This document shows, in pieces, positions 14,041 through 32,107 of a stretch of 64,000 bases of DNA (position 1 is its first letter; every line of letters starts with the position of its first letter). The DNA comes from the human T2T-CHM13v2.0 reference genome, Homo sapiens. Position numbers and translations under genes: made by a program. The notes below the pieces were generated by a model. That model worked only from the letters and a program-made list of their open reading frames with translations. It did no database searches and was not told the origin of the DNA. The stretch lies in assembly GCF_009914755.1 (NCBI RefSeq), contig NC_060926.1. The stretch is one strand, 5' to 3'.

Positions 14041-16650
14041 GTAGGTGGAATTTCCCCTCCCCAGACTTGTTGAATTTACTTTTGCAAATTAAACCCAAAG
14101 CAAAACCTAAGTATATACTCTGTTCTGCCAAATTAGAGCTCATTTATAGGCTTAGTAATACCAAAATGATTGATTTGGGAAATATGGGTTGGGAAACTGA
14201 CATTAGTTGTTTTTTTTTTTTAAGCATATTTTAAGGTATGGAAGCATGTAATTTTAACTGCATTTTACTTTTTTTTTTCAAAGAGAAATTTATTGTTGAT
14301 CACCTTGATTTCAGGATTTATAATAAAAAAGGCATAAATCTTAACTACTAATCAAACCAACATTTCTTAATCTGTTAGGATTTTGTTTTGTTTCGTTTCT
14401 GGTAAGAAATTTTACCTGTTACTCAGGTTTGTTAGATCATAAGAGATTATTCCTGGGCTTACCTATGATTCCAGGAAAATATGGGACAAGGAGTCCTAAT
14501 TCTGAATCCATATCAGAAGCCATGAAGGGCTTTGTTTTGTGGGTTTTTTGTTGTTGGTGGTGGTGGTAGTGGGTTTTTTTTTGGCTTTTTGTAGTTCCTC
14601 ATGGACCTTTAATAGGTAGCCAGCTCTGCCAACAGCTCAAATCTCTTAAGATCACATTCCAGCATCAGGATTTCTGGCTGGGATTATAAGTGAAGGCACT
14701 TAATTCTCAAATCTCTACAGGCATCTATACAGCCTACCCTCTTCTTAATGTCCTGTAACTTCCAGTGTGCTTCATACCATGTGGGCATAGGTATTGGTGG
14801 CTCTGGAATAGTTTCTAGAAATTGAAGATTACCCCACCCAACCCCTACATATTTTACTTTTTCACCCTTTGTTGCCCATTCCAAAACACTATCCAAAGTG
14901 TCTTTTTAAAATACGTATTCTTCAGTTGAATACTTCTATACTCATCTTCAGACTATTTGGAGTGTTATCTATAGTGTGCATAACATTTTTACTTTTAGAG
15001 AAAGCTCAGCATCCTTTGAAGTAAGGTTTAAAAAGGACTTAGTCCTCATAGGAACTTTTTAATTCTAGATAATCTAAAACATAGATTTTTGTCATTGTCT
15101 ATACTACTTTCAAGTTTTTAAAGGTTTTGAGATGAAACCAGGTAACATATTTTCACAGTTTTAATTAGGATATGTGAAAAGAAAGGAGTCAGTGTGAATT
15201 CACTTGGTATAAAATTTTTTCCCTTTATACCTTCTTTCAGATCCCTTAGGTTGGCCTAATACAAAGGTCTCTTCTTTGTTTTTTTAAATTACAATTTATA
15301 CTTTGTCCAACGTCATGATAGTAATTTGTTTCAGTGTATGTTTTCCCCAGATTTCTCCATTTTAAAAAACTAACATTCTCGTTTAAAATTTAGTTTCTTA
15401 AACATAGTATTGTCTGCTCCTAACATGTGGGAAGAAAAAGATGGAGGTGAAATATGTCCATACTCAAATAAGCATGAAAGACAAGCGTGCTGCAAGTTAA
15501 CCCCTAAATATCAGAGTATTAGTACATTCTGAAATGGGTTCTGACTAAATTATCCTCTCCTGTGGAGTGGAGTTAAATGGAAAAACACAAGAAGTTCCTT
15601 AATAAGCTGTAATTTTTTAGTTTGGTATTTCTCAGTGATAGAGCATAAAACTTAACAGTAGAGTTTATTATCAGTCATGACTTAGTTATATGCTTTGTCA
15701 TTTATTAAATGGATTTAAATCTATTAGTGTTGCATAGTTTTTCTGTGCTTTGCCCTAGGTTGATTCCATTTGTTGGATGCTCTTAATTTGTCCAATGTAA
15801 ATATAAAAAGAGAGGGTATTAAACCGTTTTGCCCTATAATGGGGGAAAGATGCTGGTTAGATGTTTATTTTAGTGAGCTTGCATTTTCTTACACGTGCAA
15901 AGCAGTTCATAGAATTCATAGTTTTACACTTACTATGTCTTTCCTAAAGACACCCAGGATGCTTTATTTTTAACTCTTGAGCCACTAGTGACTCTTGAAT
16001 AAATTGAGGTCAGAAATGTTGCAAAAGTGGTAAGTTTCTGGCAGTGTGGAGACAGGGGAATAATCTCAACAGTAGGTTTTTACTGAATCCAATTATTTTA
16101 ATTTAGGCTGTGTCTATATGAAGCTTTTTTGACTTACTAAATGAACTTTTATCTTGGCATTGTATAGACATAGCTTTGATGTAAATTGCAAGAACACCCA
16201 TAACCTCTTATTCTATGTACACTTCTTTTCATTCTCATCGGATGCACCAAACATGCAGCGGTAATAAGCCAGATTTTACTCAGGTGTGTGAGAGCACTTG
16301 CCTTAAGTTGACTTTTTTCCTAGTGTTTATATATCATTAGCTACTATGAACACAGATTGATCTCAGAAACATTTTAGAAGATGCTCTTGAACCACATTTT
16401 TAAGCACTTTCATTTTTATAAAAATTGATATAACATTACAAAACGGTGTGGGGGCGGGGAGAATTGTGGTTGGGTATCACCCACAGGCAGACCACCCTAA
16501 CCCTGTCATACAACTTATCATTTTGATCAAACAATATACTAAATTGGGATTTTTGTTTTTACAAGTCATTGCTGTTCTGGCTTCATATTTACACTTCCCA
16601 TTCTTATCCCCCTTAAAATCATTCTTGATCATCCTGTTTTCTTTCAACAG

Positions 16651-16709
16651 CTTCAGAGGATGATTCCGAAGAAGACGGAGACCATAACAGGACATTTGAT
16701 ATTGCCTAA
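16651..16709 (+). CDS. MARCHF7: MARCHF7 terminal exon, coding part
   Basis: ctttcaacag|CT; (T)SEDDSEEDGDHNRTFDIA then TAA. Confidence 0.94.
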
Positions 16710-17920
16710 CTTCATATAAGACAGATGGATGATCTGTGAACATAAGTGTTTATTAAAAATGGCAATTAAATATAAATTACTTTTGTGGGGGAATGCCTAA
16801 TAAATACATTGACTATATATAAAATGAATATATACATACACATGTATGCCTGTATATATATATTCATTCTCCAGTGTTGCTGAATTAAAATTCTGCTGGA
16901 CTTTTTAACATAGCAAATCCGATGTTTATAAACTGGTAATCAAAAAGGTTTTTTCTTTTAGGTGAGTGGGAAAGTATTACCCTTGTTTTAAATATCTAAG
17001 CAATGCCTATCAACCCTTTTTTGTGTTATGATTACTGTAGTCATATTTATGAAAAAAGGTTTGTGTTTTACTCTTGCTAGTGAGAAAAGTGGGACAAAAT
17101 ATACTTTTGAAATAAAATGCTATATGGCACCTAATTATTTTTTCTTTTAAAATGCCTTAAGTTGCAGTCTCATTTTGATAATCATTTGCTTCCAGTGTTT
17201 AAAAATTAAAAAAAGAATGGGGAGAAGGTTATGAGAAGAGCATTATTAAGTTTCCAAATTTAATTTGAATTCCAAATTCACCTAGCAATAAAATCTAATT
17301 TTTAAAAAGTATATAAATATAAAATGTATAAATGATGGATAGATTTTTGTATTGATTTGCAAAATGCAGATTATATTTGATAGGCTATAGTATGTAGATA
17401 TTCCTTTTAGGAATATTACAGCTGTAAATTATATGAGACTTGCCAGTCAAATGCTATTTGGTTTAAAAAAATTATTGCAATCTCAAGTTAATGGAATATT
17501 TTTAAATCCCACATTCAGAGTTTAAAACACTGGTTTTCAATGTGTTTTTTAGTGTTGTCACTTGTTTATAGATAAATATATAAATAACCTGTTTGGATCC
17601 TGGTCCTTTTTTAACTGTTCCTTGGTAATTCTGAGCATTTATTTGATGACTTAATATTTTTCACTACCTTTGGAGAACAGATGAACATTATTCACCATGA
17701 ATGGATCTATACTGTGTGGTCATGAGTTGTGTATACTTCCATAACACTGTATTTTTCTTCTGTCAGTACCCTTAGGATACACTTTAAAACACCTTAAGGT
17801 CTGATGTTATGGCAACAAACTACTTTTTCAAACCTAAATAGGAACCATGTAATTTCTCAAAAGTGATTGAACAGTTTGCCCACACTTAGTTTGTTGGTCT
17901 TATGTAAAACATTGGCTCAA

Positions 17921-17926
17921 AATAAA
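17921..17926 (+). terminator. MARCHF7 poly(A) signal (other AATAAA at 16799, 17111, 17287)
   Basis: AATAAA with upstream TGTA and a downstream U-rich tract. Confidence 0.65.
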
Positions 17927-18009
17927 GTACACACTGATTTATTTTACTGTTTGAAATGTTTCCTTTTAAACTGGTGCTCAAAGAAGACATCAGACTTCAT
18001 AACCAAGAA

Positions 18010-18015
18010 TTTTAT
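18010..18015 (-). terminator. Candidate distal CD302 poly(A) signal (another at 17938-17943; proximal ones at 20278 and 20933)
   Basis: TTTATT on + equals AATAAA on -. Confidence 0.55.
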
Positions 18016-18728
18016 TACAATTTCAAATCTCATTTTAAGCAATAATATAAATGTTCTAAAACATTTGCTCACCTCTTGCCAGTTACCTTTGCATTGTCTG
18101 TCTTAAAGCAAAAATATAAAATTTAAGGGTGGTAGTTTTAATATATTCTGTGGGTCCTAAGGGATGCTTTGAATTTGAAGTATATATACTTTTAATAAAA
18201 TTCAGTATGACAGTTGTCTTCTGCTTAACCCATAAAACTTTATTTAAAAAATTTAACTAGATGGTACAAAACATTCATTGGTATGCACATAATTCTGTAT
18301 AGTTTTGTTATTAAATGCTAAATGACAGTGATAACAATGGCTTAAGCTTTACAGTATTCTTGTAGTTCCCTAGTACCACTTAGTATTTAAATATTGTCAT
18401 ATTAGCTTCAGATTATCATGTAAATGACGGTAGAGGAATAAGAGAAAAGGCTTTCATTGGTTATCAGTTTTAAATTCTGAACAAAAGAGACCATACACTG
18501 CTCACTACAAGAATGCAATTTTCTAAGAAAATGTAGTTTAAAATGTTATTCTGAATATCTGCCAAAGAATTATATTGTTATTACTAGCTAGAACCAAGAT
18601 GTTGAAGAAAGCAGTTTCTACATTCTGGATGTAGTAAACAAGCCTGCCTGTGTAATCCAATTATCTCTTCACTAATGAGTAGATAAGGTGCCTGTTATAG
18701 ATGTTCTGGTATATAAAGAAAAAATGTA

Positions 18729-19025
18729 GGCCAAGTGTGGTGGCTCACGCATGTAATCCCAGCACTTTGGGAGACCAAGGTGGGTGGATCACTTGAGGTC
18801 AGGAGTTTGAGACCAGCCCAGTCAATATGGCGAAACCCCGTCTCTACCAAAAATACAAAAAGTTAGCTGGGTGTGGTGACAGATGTCTGTGGTCCCAGCT
18901 ACTAAGGAGGCTGAGGCAGGAGAATTGCTTGAAAACCTGCAAGGCGGAGATTGGAGAGAGCCAAGATCGAGCCACTGCACTGTAGCCTGGGCAGCACAGT
19001 GAGACTCCGTCATATATATATATAT
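18729..19025 (+). mobile_element. AluS with (TA)n tail, in the CD302/MARCHF7 3' UTR zone
   Basis: Alu consensus. Confidence 0.9.
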
Positions 19026-19192
19026 AGCACTTCATTACCAGAGGCCTCTTGGCCTGTTGAAAAATGAAACCAAATATTGAAAATTAAATCAGAGTTTAAA
19101 GCAGCTATTTTGGAAGAGCTGCCATTAGGTAGAAAGTATCAAAATGTACAAAAGAAAGTTGTATGGGAGTTGAGTGGAAGGTAGGATTTAAG

Positions 19193-19380
19193 AGCAGCAC
19201 TGCCCAATAAAACTTCCTATAATGAAAATGTTCTATAATGTATGTTGCCCAGTACAGTAGCCACTAACCACCTGTGATTTGAACACTTGACAATGTGGCT
19301 AATGTAATTCGAAAACTGGATTTTAAACTAAATTTACTTAAATAGCCTCATGTGGCTAGTGGCTCATTGGACATTGTAGT
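19193..19380. mobile_element. MER3/MER33-like hAT-Charlie MITE
   Basis: cactgcccaata...gtagccactaacca...atgtggctagtggct...ttggaca internal inverted repeats. Confidence 0.75.
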
Positions 19381-19979
19381 TGTAGACGTTTGAGACTGTT
19401 GGTTTTAAGTTGGACTTAATCACTTTCCTACCCAAATTCTACCACTCCTTTAAGAACTCCTTTAGAACTCTTTTAGTTTACATAATACGCCATATTTTTT
19501 TTACTGTGCCTGTAGTTCTTCAAGGAGTGGTACAATTTGGGTAGGAAAACCAGGCAGGAATTCCAGGGTAGTGTTCAATATTGACATTAGTAATAGTCTA
19601 TCAATAATAAAATAGACATCTCAATCACTATACAAAATCTCAGAAATGTAAAGCTCTTACAGAGCATGCTTGTGCTTGTGTAACAGCTGGTGTAATGCCT
19701 GCATTTTCAGTACCATGTAGCCGCACTGTTAATAGTTTTCTATCACTTTTTAGTCACTCATGTCTCATTAATGATAGTGCCATTAATTGTGATGAGTGTT
19801 TTCGATTCATGTGGTCAATAAAAAGAGACTACACAAGCTGGAACTTTGTTGCCATTAGTCAAGCTAGTGAGATAGTATATCTATCTATCTCCCCAGAAGA
19901 AAGTAAGATAATTGATGGGGTGTGGATTCAGAAGAGGGATTACTTTTCTTTGAGCCTCAGACTTCTAGACAGTATACTT

Positions 19980-20233
19980 CAGTCAGTAATGGACCACATA
20001 TAGAACAGTGTTTCCTTAGTAGACCATATTTTTACTGTACCTTTTCTATATTTAGATACACAAATATTGTGTTACAATTGTCTGCAGTATTCAGCACAGT
20101 AACATGCTGTGTAGGTTTGGGACAAAATAGGCTCTACCATCTGGGTTTGTGTAAATACAAGCTGATTTTCACACAAGATTCCCTAACTATGCATTTCTTA
20201 GAACGTATCCCCATTGATAAGTGATACGTGACT
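19980..20233 (+). mobile_element. Tigger3/MER7-like TcMar remnant
   Basis: aaatattgtgttacaattgtctgcagtattcagcacagtaacatgctgt...gaacgtatccccattgataagtgatacgtgact. Confidence 0.75.
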
Positions 20234-20363
20234 AATTTACGTGAAATTTATACATTCTTTATCTTTCCTGTTTTTGGTTTATTGATGGTGAGGAAAATTA
20301 CTCGTTTCAGCTTTTTCATTTTTTTACTCCCCAAATGATTTTCACCTTTTTCTTAAAATGTAC

Positions 20364-20369
20364 AATAAA
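20364..20369 (+). terminator. Candidate distal MARCHF7 poly(A) signal
   Basis: TGTAcAATAAA followed by a GU/U-rich element at about 20401-20435. Confidence 0.5.
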
Positions 20370-21218
20370 TGCACTGAAAACTTTGATCACTGTCACTACA
20401 GTTGTACTTAAGTGTTTTTCTTCGGTTTTTGCTTGCACAGTTTTCATGTCATTGAAGGAAAAATTTATAAATGCTTGAGGAGAATGAGATACATCTTGTA
20501 TAGGGGAAAGTACAAAAGGTATGGTGGCAAGAGAGAAATCCTTAAAGGGGCACTATAATATGTAAGTGTTAACCTAATTGCCAGCTTTCTCTATGCCATC
20601 CTGGACACAGCGATCATATTTTGTTTCAAATAATTTATAAACATTCATTAAAACTTGAGTCATTTGTGATAAAATGGTGTGTGTAAAAGTAATGAAACTA
20701 AAATTGGTGTGGGGTGTTAAAAGTTGTAAAATTTTCTTCATCTAAATCATAAAAAGATACACATTCTAGAGGAATTATCTGCCAAAAAAATAACAATTAT
20801 CAAAGATATTTAAATGTATGGGATGTACTTAAAATCACTTATTCCCCATTTCATGTTTACTAATAAACATATAAACTAAAGTGGGTCAACTAAATAGGGA
20901 AGATACAGCAGGCAAGACAAATAGGCTGGGCTTTTATTTTTATCTGCTTGGGCTTTAAGCTTTCCTTCATTCAAGTGACAGATTCTGCCTTTGACAGGAT
21001 GCTTAAAATCACTATATTAGATCTAAGATCATTTCTAAAACCTGTTTTTTTAATGAACCTAAAGACTTTTCACAGCAGATGAGTACATAAAAATGTTACT
21101 GGAATAAGGAATACCATTAAAGCTCTAATATCCAATGTCAAGTTTTATATTAAAATCTTTCCCAAGTTATCTCTGCCAGGGCATTTTGTTGATGTCTTAG
21201 TGCAAGATTACCAAAAAC

Positions 21219-21421
21219 TTAGTCAAATTGAACAGGATATTCATTTTCTTCTCCAACTACCAAAACACAGTCTTCATTATAAGGTGATTGGGGTGCGGTT
21301 GAAAAAACTGTGGTGAAACGAGAATCAGAATGTTTTTTGTACAGGAACCAAATGATTGCTCCCAAAACTGTCAAAATTACCGTGCTAGCAATCACCAATG
21401 CTGATATTAAAATGTGGTTAT
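21219..21421 (-). CDS. CD302: CD302 exon 6, transmembrane and cytoplasmic tail
   Basis: ttttcag|AT; (D)[66 protein letters not shown] then TAA. Confidence 0.97.
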
Positions 21422-24400
21422 CTGAAAAGGAAAAGACAAAAGAGTATTTGGGAAATTAGGGTATACAAGTTGCAAGTATATTTTGATGAGCACAACTGTA
21501 GTTTTGTGTAAACATTTCTCTGTGTTGAGAATTTCCCACACTGATGAGAAAACCAAAAATTTCGCATTTGTTACTAACAAGATTTATATTTCTTAGCCTG
21601 AAGAATAGTACTCAAATTTTCTAGGAAGTTGTGCACTTCTCCACTCTACTGAAGACCCCATAGTGGAAATCACGCAAGTATATACCATGCTCCAGTTTGT
21701 CTTCCTTCGCTTTACTTTCTGATCTAAGACTACAAATTCAGACCTACTGTTCCCTTTAGGAATTCTAGTATTTAGATAATGTGTTACATTATTGAGGTTT
21801 AATGGTTCACCTGGCTTTGGGGATTTAAGATTTGTTTAACTGAAAAGAACACCAAGACCTGCAGTAAAGTACCTGGTTTTGTGTGTCTTTGCATTCATTC
21901 ATTCTTTGTGTGTTTCCCTAAATTTCTGTAAGTATGCACAACTTTGCAGTTCTTGCCTATTCAAACCCTTGTAATCTTTCTATAAGAATTCAGTTTAATA
22001 AATTGAGGAAAATAACCTGGTTTAGGAGAACGAACATACTTTTGGGCAGGTACTTGTATTATGTATAGTAATCGACTCTAAAGAATGTGAAAACTTTTCA
22101 GAATTATTTTGACAGATCTTTTATTATTAAATATATTCATAATACCCATTATTTCAACTGGTGCTTGTTAAAATGAGACCTGGAAGAATTTAAGATTAGT
22201 GAGAGAAATTTGGCCAAATTATTTGTTAAAGTGAGGGAGAGCCATTGATACTTTTCAAATATTGACAGGATTTTTTGGGAGGAGTGAGGAAATGGCCCCA
22301 AGTGAACTATCTTTTTAATTCTGAAATAAAATTTGGTAGTAAAGATTTGGTAAGGTGTGAGGGTGGATTTGGTGGTGGTATTATTAAAGACATTAAAATG
22401 AAAAAAAGCCAAGAATTCCGTAAACTGAGTTCAAATGGGGTTCTTCCATAGTTTTTGGCTACGGCAACCTCCGCCTTCTGGGTGCCAGGGATTCTCATGT
22501 GTCAGCCTGGGTAGCTGAGATGACAGGCGCACGCCATGATGTCCAGCTAATTTTTGTATTTTTAGTAGAGACAGTTTTGCCATGTTGCCCAGGTTGGTCC
22601 GAAACCCCTGGCTTCAAGTGATCTGCCCCCCTCGGCCTCCCAGAGTGCTGGGATTACAGGTGTGGGCCACCGTGCCCAGCCCCGTAGTTAGTTTTATTAG
22701 AATTAACATAGTCCATTTTCAGTGTAGAACCTCAACTTTACCAGTGTGAACACACTTTATTTCAGTGTACTAATGATTGTACAATAATGGCTTCATAATC
22801 GGTAGCATCTACTTTAAATAGGAATTACATGATAGTAATATAGAAAAGTCTGAAAGATCATAGTAATTGAGAAATATTTACAGACTCAATCATAATAGCT
22901 TTAAAAGACCGGGTATCCTAAGAACTGGACAGTGTCCAAGATGGGCGAGACACAGTAAGTATATATGCTGCTTTTCACATTCTGCAAGTGACCTTTAGCC
23001 AAAGTTGCCTCCAGGGGTTTTAGTTAGCTAGCTGCATACTACTAAAATGTGTGACAAAGTCAATTGTCAAGGCAACTGATAAGCAGTGTATTAAAACAAT
23101 GTGTAGTTTATATCTGGAGGTTAGGATAGTTTTACATTAGGAAATGTATTATCTACCTCATTAATTAAAGGAAAGGTCCATTGCTTGCTTGACAGCATAT
23201 AATAGCTATTTACCATGAAATCCTGTTTTTTTTAAAGAAACAAAATTTAGGAAAAATACTTTTTAGCCTAACAATGTTCCTTACTTGAGGAAACAGCAAA
23301 CACTGAAACAAGCTCACTTTTTCATTTCTTAAGCCCATTTAATCCATTTTCTCAACATTTCTTCAGAAATTTCTGTGGCAGAGGTCACCAATGATCTCTT
23401 TATGACTACATGCTTAAACACGTGGATGTTTTAGTTCATCCTGGGGCAACTAGATTGTTAGCCGTCCAGCCTTGAAGTTATCTCCTACTCACTTGGCTTC
23501 CCTGACTGCTCTATTTTTCAGACGACTGCTTCCTAGTCATCTTTGTGGACTCAAAGCTTTCCATGGTTGATCTCAACCATTCAAGTCTTTTATGTAAATC
23601 CATAGATAAATATGTGTGTGTAGCCCTACTTCCAAATTTCTTCTAACCTGAATTCCTGCAAATAAATAGCCACTGTCCAGTCAACCAATCTGGAAATTTA
23701 TAGACTTCCTCTCTATAAATTGTGAAGACTACACATTTTTCTTCTGTTTCCTATTTATCTATCTGACTGCTACCTTAATGCTCTAGTTCTAACACTGATC
23801 ATCTGAGGCCCGAACTATACAGAATCCACCTCAAAAACTATATGAAACATTTTGTTAGGCTGTAGCCTCAGGTGAGAGTGCCAACTGTGCATTTAATTCT
23901 GAGGCACAGGGTTTAAATGACTTGCCCAAGTCCATTTAGTAAGTGACAGCAAAAATTCAACCCTTCACCTTGGTCCTGATTTGTCACCTCAGATAACCTG
24001 TCCTCTGTCTCCTGCCTGATGTCTACTTATCCTTGAAGATTTAACTCCTGCATCCTCTCCAGTAACCTTTGCTGAACCCAGCTTGGACTAACTTGACCTT
24101 TCCTGTGTGCTTGCCACACTAGGTGGATCCGACTATGGACACCTTAATTCTGTTGAAAGTATTCTTCCCAAGGGAGTCTTCCAGCTTACCCTTGGTATGA
24201 AGGGGAACTCCCTGTTTGCCAAGATGGCAGCTACACTTTTAACTGTTGGGTTGTTTCCTTGCTGCTTCAACTCCATGTTCTCTACTGTTTTACTCCTTAA
24301 AGTCAGACTAAGCCTAATCCCTATCTACATGACAGGCTTTCACTTTGACTTTAGGTCTTCATTATGCAAAATCATGGCCTTATTAAATGAGGCCTTCCCT

Positions 24401-24989
24401 GGCCACTGTACTAAAAATAAAAATAAAGTGCAACACCTCCCTTCTTGCACTGGAATTCATCCTTATCTGCCTGTTTTCCCTATAGGATGTGTCACCATCT
24501 CACATATTTTTGTTTTACCCTTCCCACTAGAATGTATGCTTGAGAGCAGAGGCTTTTGTTTTGTTCATTGCTCTGTCTTCAATGTCTAACTTTAGGAGAA
24601 AGCCTGACACATAGTGTTTACTCACTAAATTACATACACATATTTAATACAGATTTACATGCACATATATACATGCATACATGTAATGAATTCAGAGATT
24701 ACTTTTCTTGTAGTCTGAAGACCATATGTTGCCAGATCTTTCAACTATTCGTTTTTGAAGCCACAGACCTATTTTTTTCTAAATGTTCCAACTTATGTGT
24801 ATCTTTGTTTTTTCCAAAGTAATACATTTACGTAGCTTAAAAGTCATAGTTCTAGAAGATACGTAGTGAAAATACTGTGCTCCTGCTCCACTACTCACCT
24901 GAACATCCATTCCTTAAAGTTAACTACTACTGTTGCTTCAGCTATTTATCTATCTCCATGTCTAAATAACATGCTTCTGCTACTTGATT

Positions 24990-25960
<971 letters not shown>

Positions 25961-26067
25961 GATGTAATTCCTGTATACACACAAACCCAACACTTCTTTT
26001 CTCCTCCTCTGTCATAGTTCTATCGTAGTAACCCCCAAATAGAAAACTGGCAAAGGACTCACATCCA

Positions 26068-27140
<1,073 letters not shown>

Positions 27141-27303
27141 AATGTTGAGTCTTATTACTAAGAGACCTTTCTACATTCTTATAAAAATTGTTCTACTTTA
27201 TATTACATAATTTTAAAAAGGGATCTGTAATGTATTTTAATATGCCAGAATTTTGATATATTTTTAATTGTGGGAAAAATTTAAAGACCAAATCATTACT
27301 TAC

Positions 27304-27330
27304 CTGATAAATATTTCCTTTTGTATGGGA
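27304..27330 (-). CDS. CD302: CD302 exon 5, 27-nt microexon (stalk)
   Basis: tattttag|TCCCATACAAAAGGAAATATTTATCAG|gtaagt; (I)PYKRKYLS. Confidence 0.93.
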
Positions 27331-28315
27331 CTAAAATACAAAAGAAAATAAAAATTAGAATTTAATTATGCTTTATTATAGGATTGACTTTAAACATGTT
27401 CACAATCATTAAAAATAAACCCTTTTATTAGTAGCTTAATATCAATATATTCATAGCCTAAAATCCATATTTCTTTGCCTCATTAGTTGTCTCTGTTGTC
27501 TATTTTGAACTTAGTTTTTAAAGAAAGATGTAGAGGGCTAACAACATGCATTAGCGTGGTTGGTGGAAAAGAATATGGGATCTTGAGGAAAAGACAATAA
27601 TGAGGTAAAGGAAAAAAGAGGATTCTGGTTGGAGAGTCTAGAAAACAAATGTCATAAAATTAAACAACTGTGACCCTAACTACCTTAGTATGGATGTACT
27701 CACTATTTCTGATGTTTTGAAGTTATAGTTTAATTAAAAACTTTGTTTATGTAATGGCACCCTGAGGTGCAGAACCTGAAAAGAACCAATTTTTTAAAAA
27801 ACAAATATTTGAAGTTGAATACTGCTACCATAAAACTATGACGAACATTTTGATAATCACTGTAAAACTAACAGTAGTCAAGGATCCTGCTGTAGCAAGT
27901 AAAGAAATGTACATACTTCCATATGTAAAGAGAGGAAATAAAGCAGGATGTGGAGTTTTGGTTTACAGTTGAAGTAGAAGGGGAAAATACTGAGGATGCA
28001 AAATGGGGAAATGGTTGTTTATATCATGTTTTAAGCACCCTAAATTCATATTTTGAAACATTAAAAAAACTAAAAACTTTTTTTGTAGAGATGGTGGTCT
28101 TGCTATGTTGACCCAGGCTGCCTCAGCCTCAAAAAGTGCTGGGATTACAAGCATGAGCCACTGTACCCAGCCCACATTTTGAAAATTTAATTTTCTTTAA
28201 TGAGAAAACAGTTACTTTCTAAAACTTAGAATAACAAACTGTGTAGTGTTTTAACAAATAACATCAAAATACTGTTGTGGGCCAGGATAACTTCTGTTCA
28301 TTAAAAAACCTTCTG

Positions 28316-29271
<956 letters not shown>

Positions 29272-29374
29272 CTTATTCTATTTATTGAGGCACACTTATC
29301 TCAAAATTATTTTAAAACCAGTCCTACTTTCTCTGCCCCTTCTAGAATGGAAAAACACCTTCGGTCATACTTAC

Positions 29375-29548
29375 TAGCTGTTTTGCATAGTGTTCCTTCC
29401 ACAGAAGAAACTTCACAATTTCCTTTTTTCCATTCACCTGTCTTGATGTGCAGAAAAGCACAGGTGTCAACTAAATCCTCATCATCATCTTGGTCTGTCC
29501 ACTTATCAAATGTCATATTTGAATTATCAAACCACTTGAAACTCGCAT
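29375..29548 (-). CDS. CD302: CD302 exon 4, C-type lectin-like domain C-terminal part
   Basis: gacag|AT ... GCT A|gtaagt; [16 protein letters not shown]...[29 protein letters not shown]. Confidence 0.97.
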
Positions 29549-30251
29549 CTGTCAATTAAGGAATATTTTCAACATTATGACAGTTTTAAAAGGAGTTCAA
29601 GCCAAAAAGGGTGTAGGATTAAAGGTGGAAAGTTACTAAGGTATGTCTGGTCTAAACTTCTGATTGTAGGATTAAAATTAGAAGGAGGAATATATCCTGT
29701 GTACAGCCAAATCATCAAAAGCTATCGATTTAAGAGGTTTCTGAAGATGATCCAATTTTCGCAAAAATATATACATGTATAATATTCTCATGGGAAAAAA
29801 GTCAAGAAAAATAGTTAAATATTAATAGTAACCTTAGTAATTTCATTTCATTTGAAAATGTTTACATATGTACTTTTATATTTGTACATATGTACTTTGT
29901 CTACAGTAATGATAAATATGTTTATATAATAGAACCGTGATAATTTAGTCTATCCTTAGCCTATTAGTTGCAGACACTAATACTTACCTTTATGATCATG
30001 CTATATTACAAAAATACTGAGCCTTAGAGCCACATTTTAATCCAGACAAGAATCAACTGTGGCTTTCATCTGTGTAACTCATTGAGCTATGCAGATACAA
30101 GCTGTGGTATGATCATAGGTGCACACTGAAAATTTAACACCTGGAGGCCACAGGAATCATCAACTTGAACCAGAGAATTGAAGAGCCATCAGTTTTGCTA
30201 CATTAAAAAAAGAACAACAAAGTCACGTCCCACGAGGTAAATATCACTTAC

Positions 30252-30368
30252 CATCTGTGTCATAAAACATGCCTAGTAGGATATCATCTGGGCCTTTCCA
30301 TTGCTTTTTCAAAGTATCCAGTATAAAAGCATTTTCTTCTTCATTATGTATGCTTATCATGTCCGCTC
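30252..30368 (-). CDS. CD302: CD302 exon 3
   Basis: ttcag|GA ... GAT G|gtaagt; [38 protein letters not shown]. Confidence 0.97.
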
Positions 30369-30614
30369 CTGAAATTATTTTAAAGAGAAAAAAAGTCAGC
30401 ATATTCCAGAATCAGTGAAAATCACTAGGTACATAAAAATAATAAATAGTTGCTTAACTTTCTATATATATTAGAGCTGGACAATAAACTTTGATCTTAC
30501 AGTTCATACAAGCTAATAAGGTTACAGGGACATGTCTTGGCTCTCAGCCTCTAATATGATTTATGTCATTGAAATTATGTTTATGTCTCAGTATACTTTA
30601 CATAATTTTTTTTA

Positions 30615-32107
<1,493 letters not shown>

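Noticed and set aside
24107-24589. 160-aa ORF antisense to CD302 intron 5
   Set aside because: Non-ATG start, overlaps L2-like sequence, no recognisable domain or splice context.
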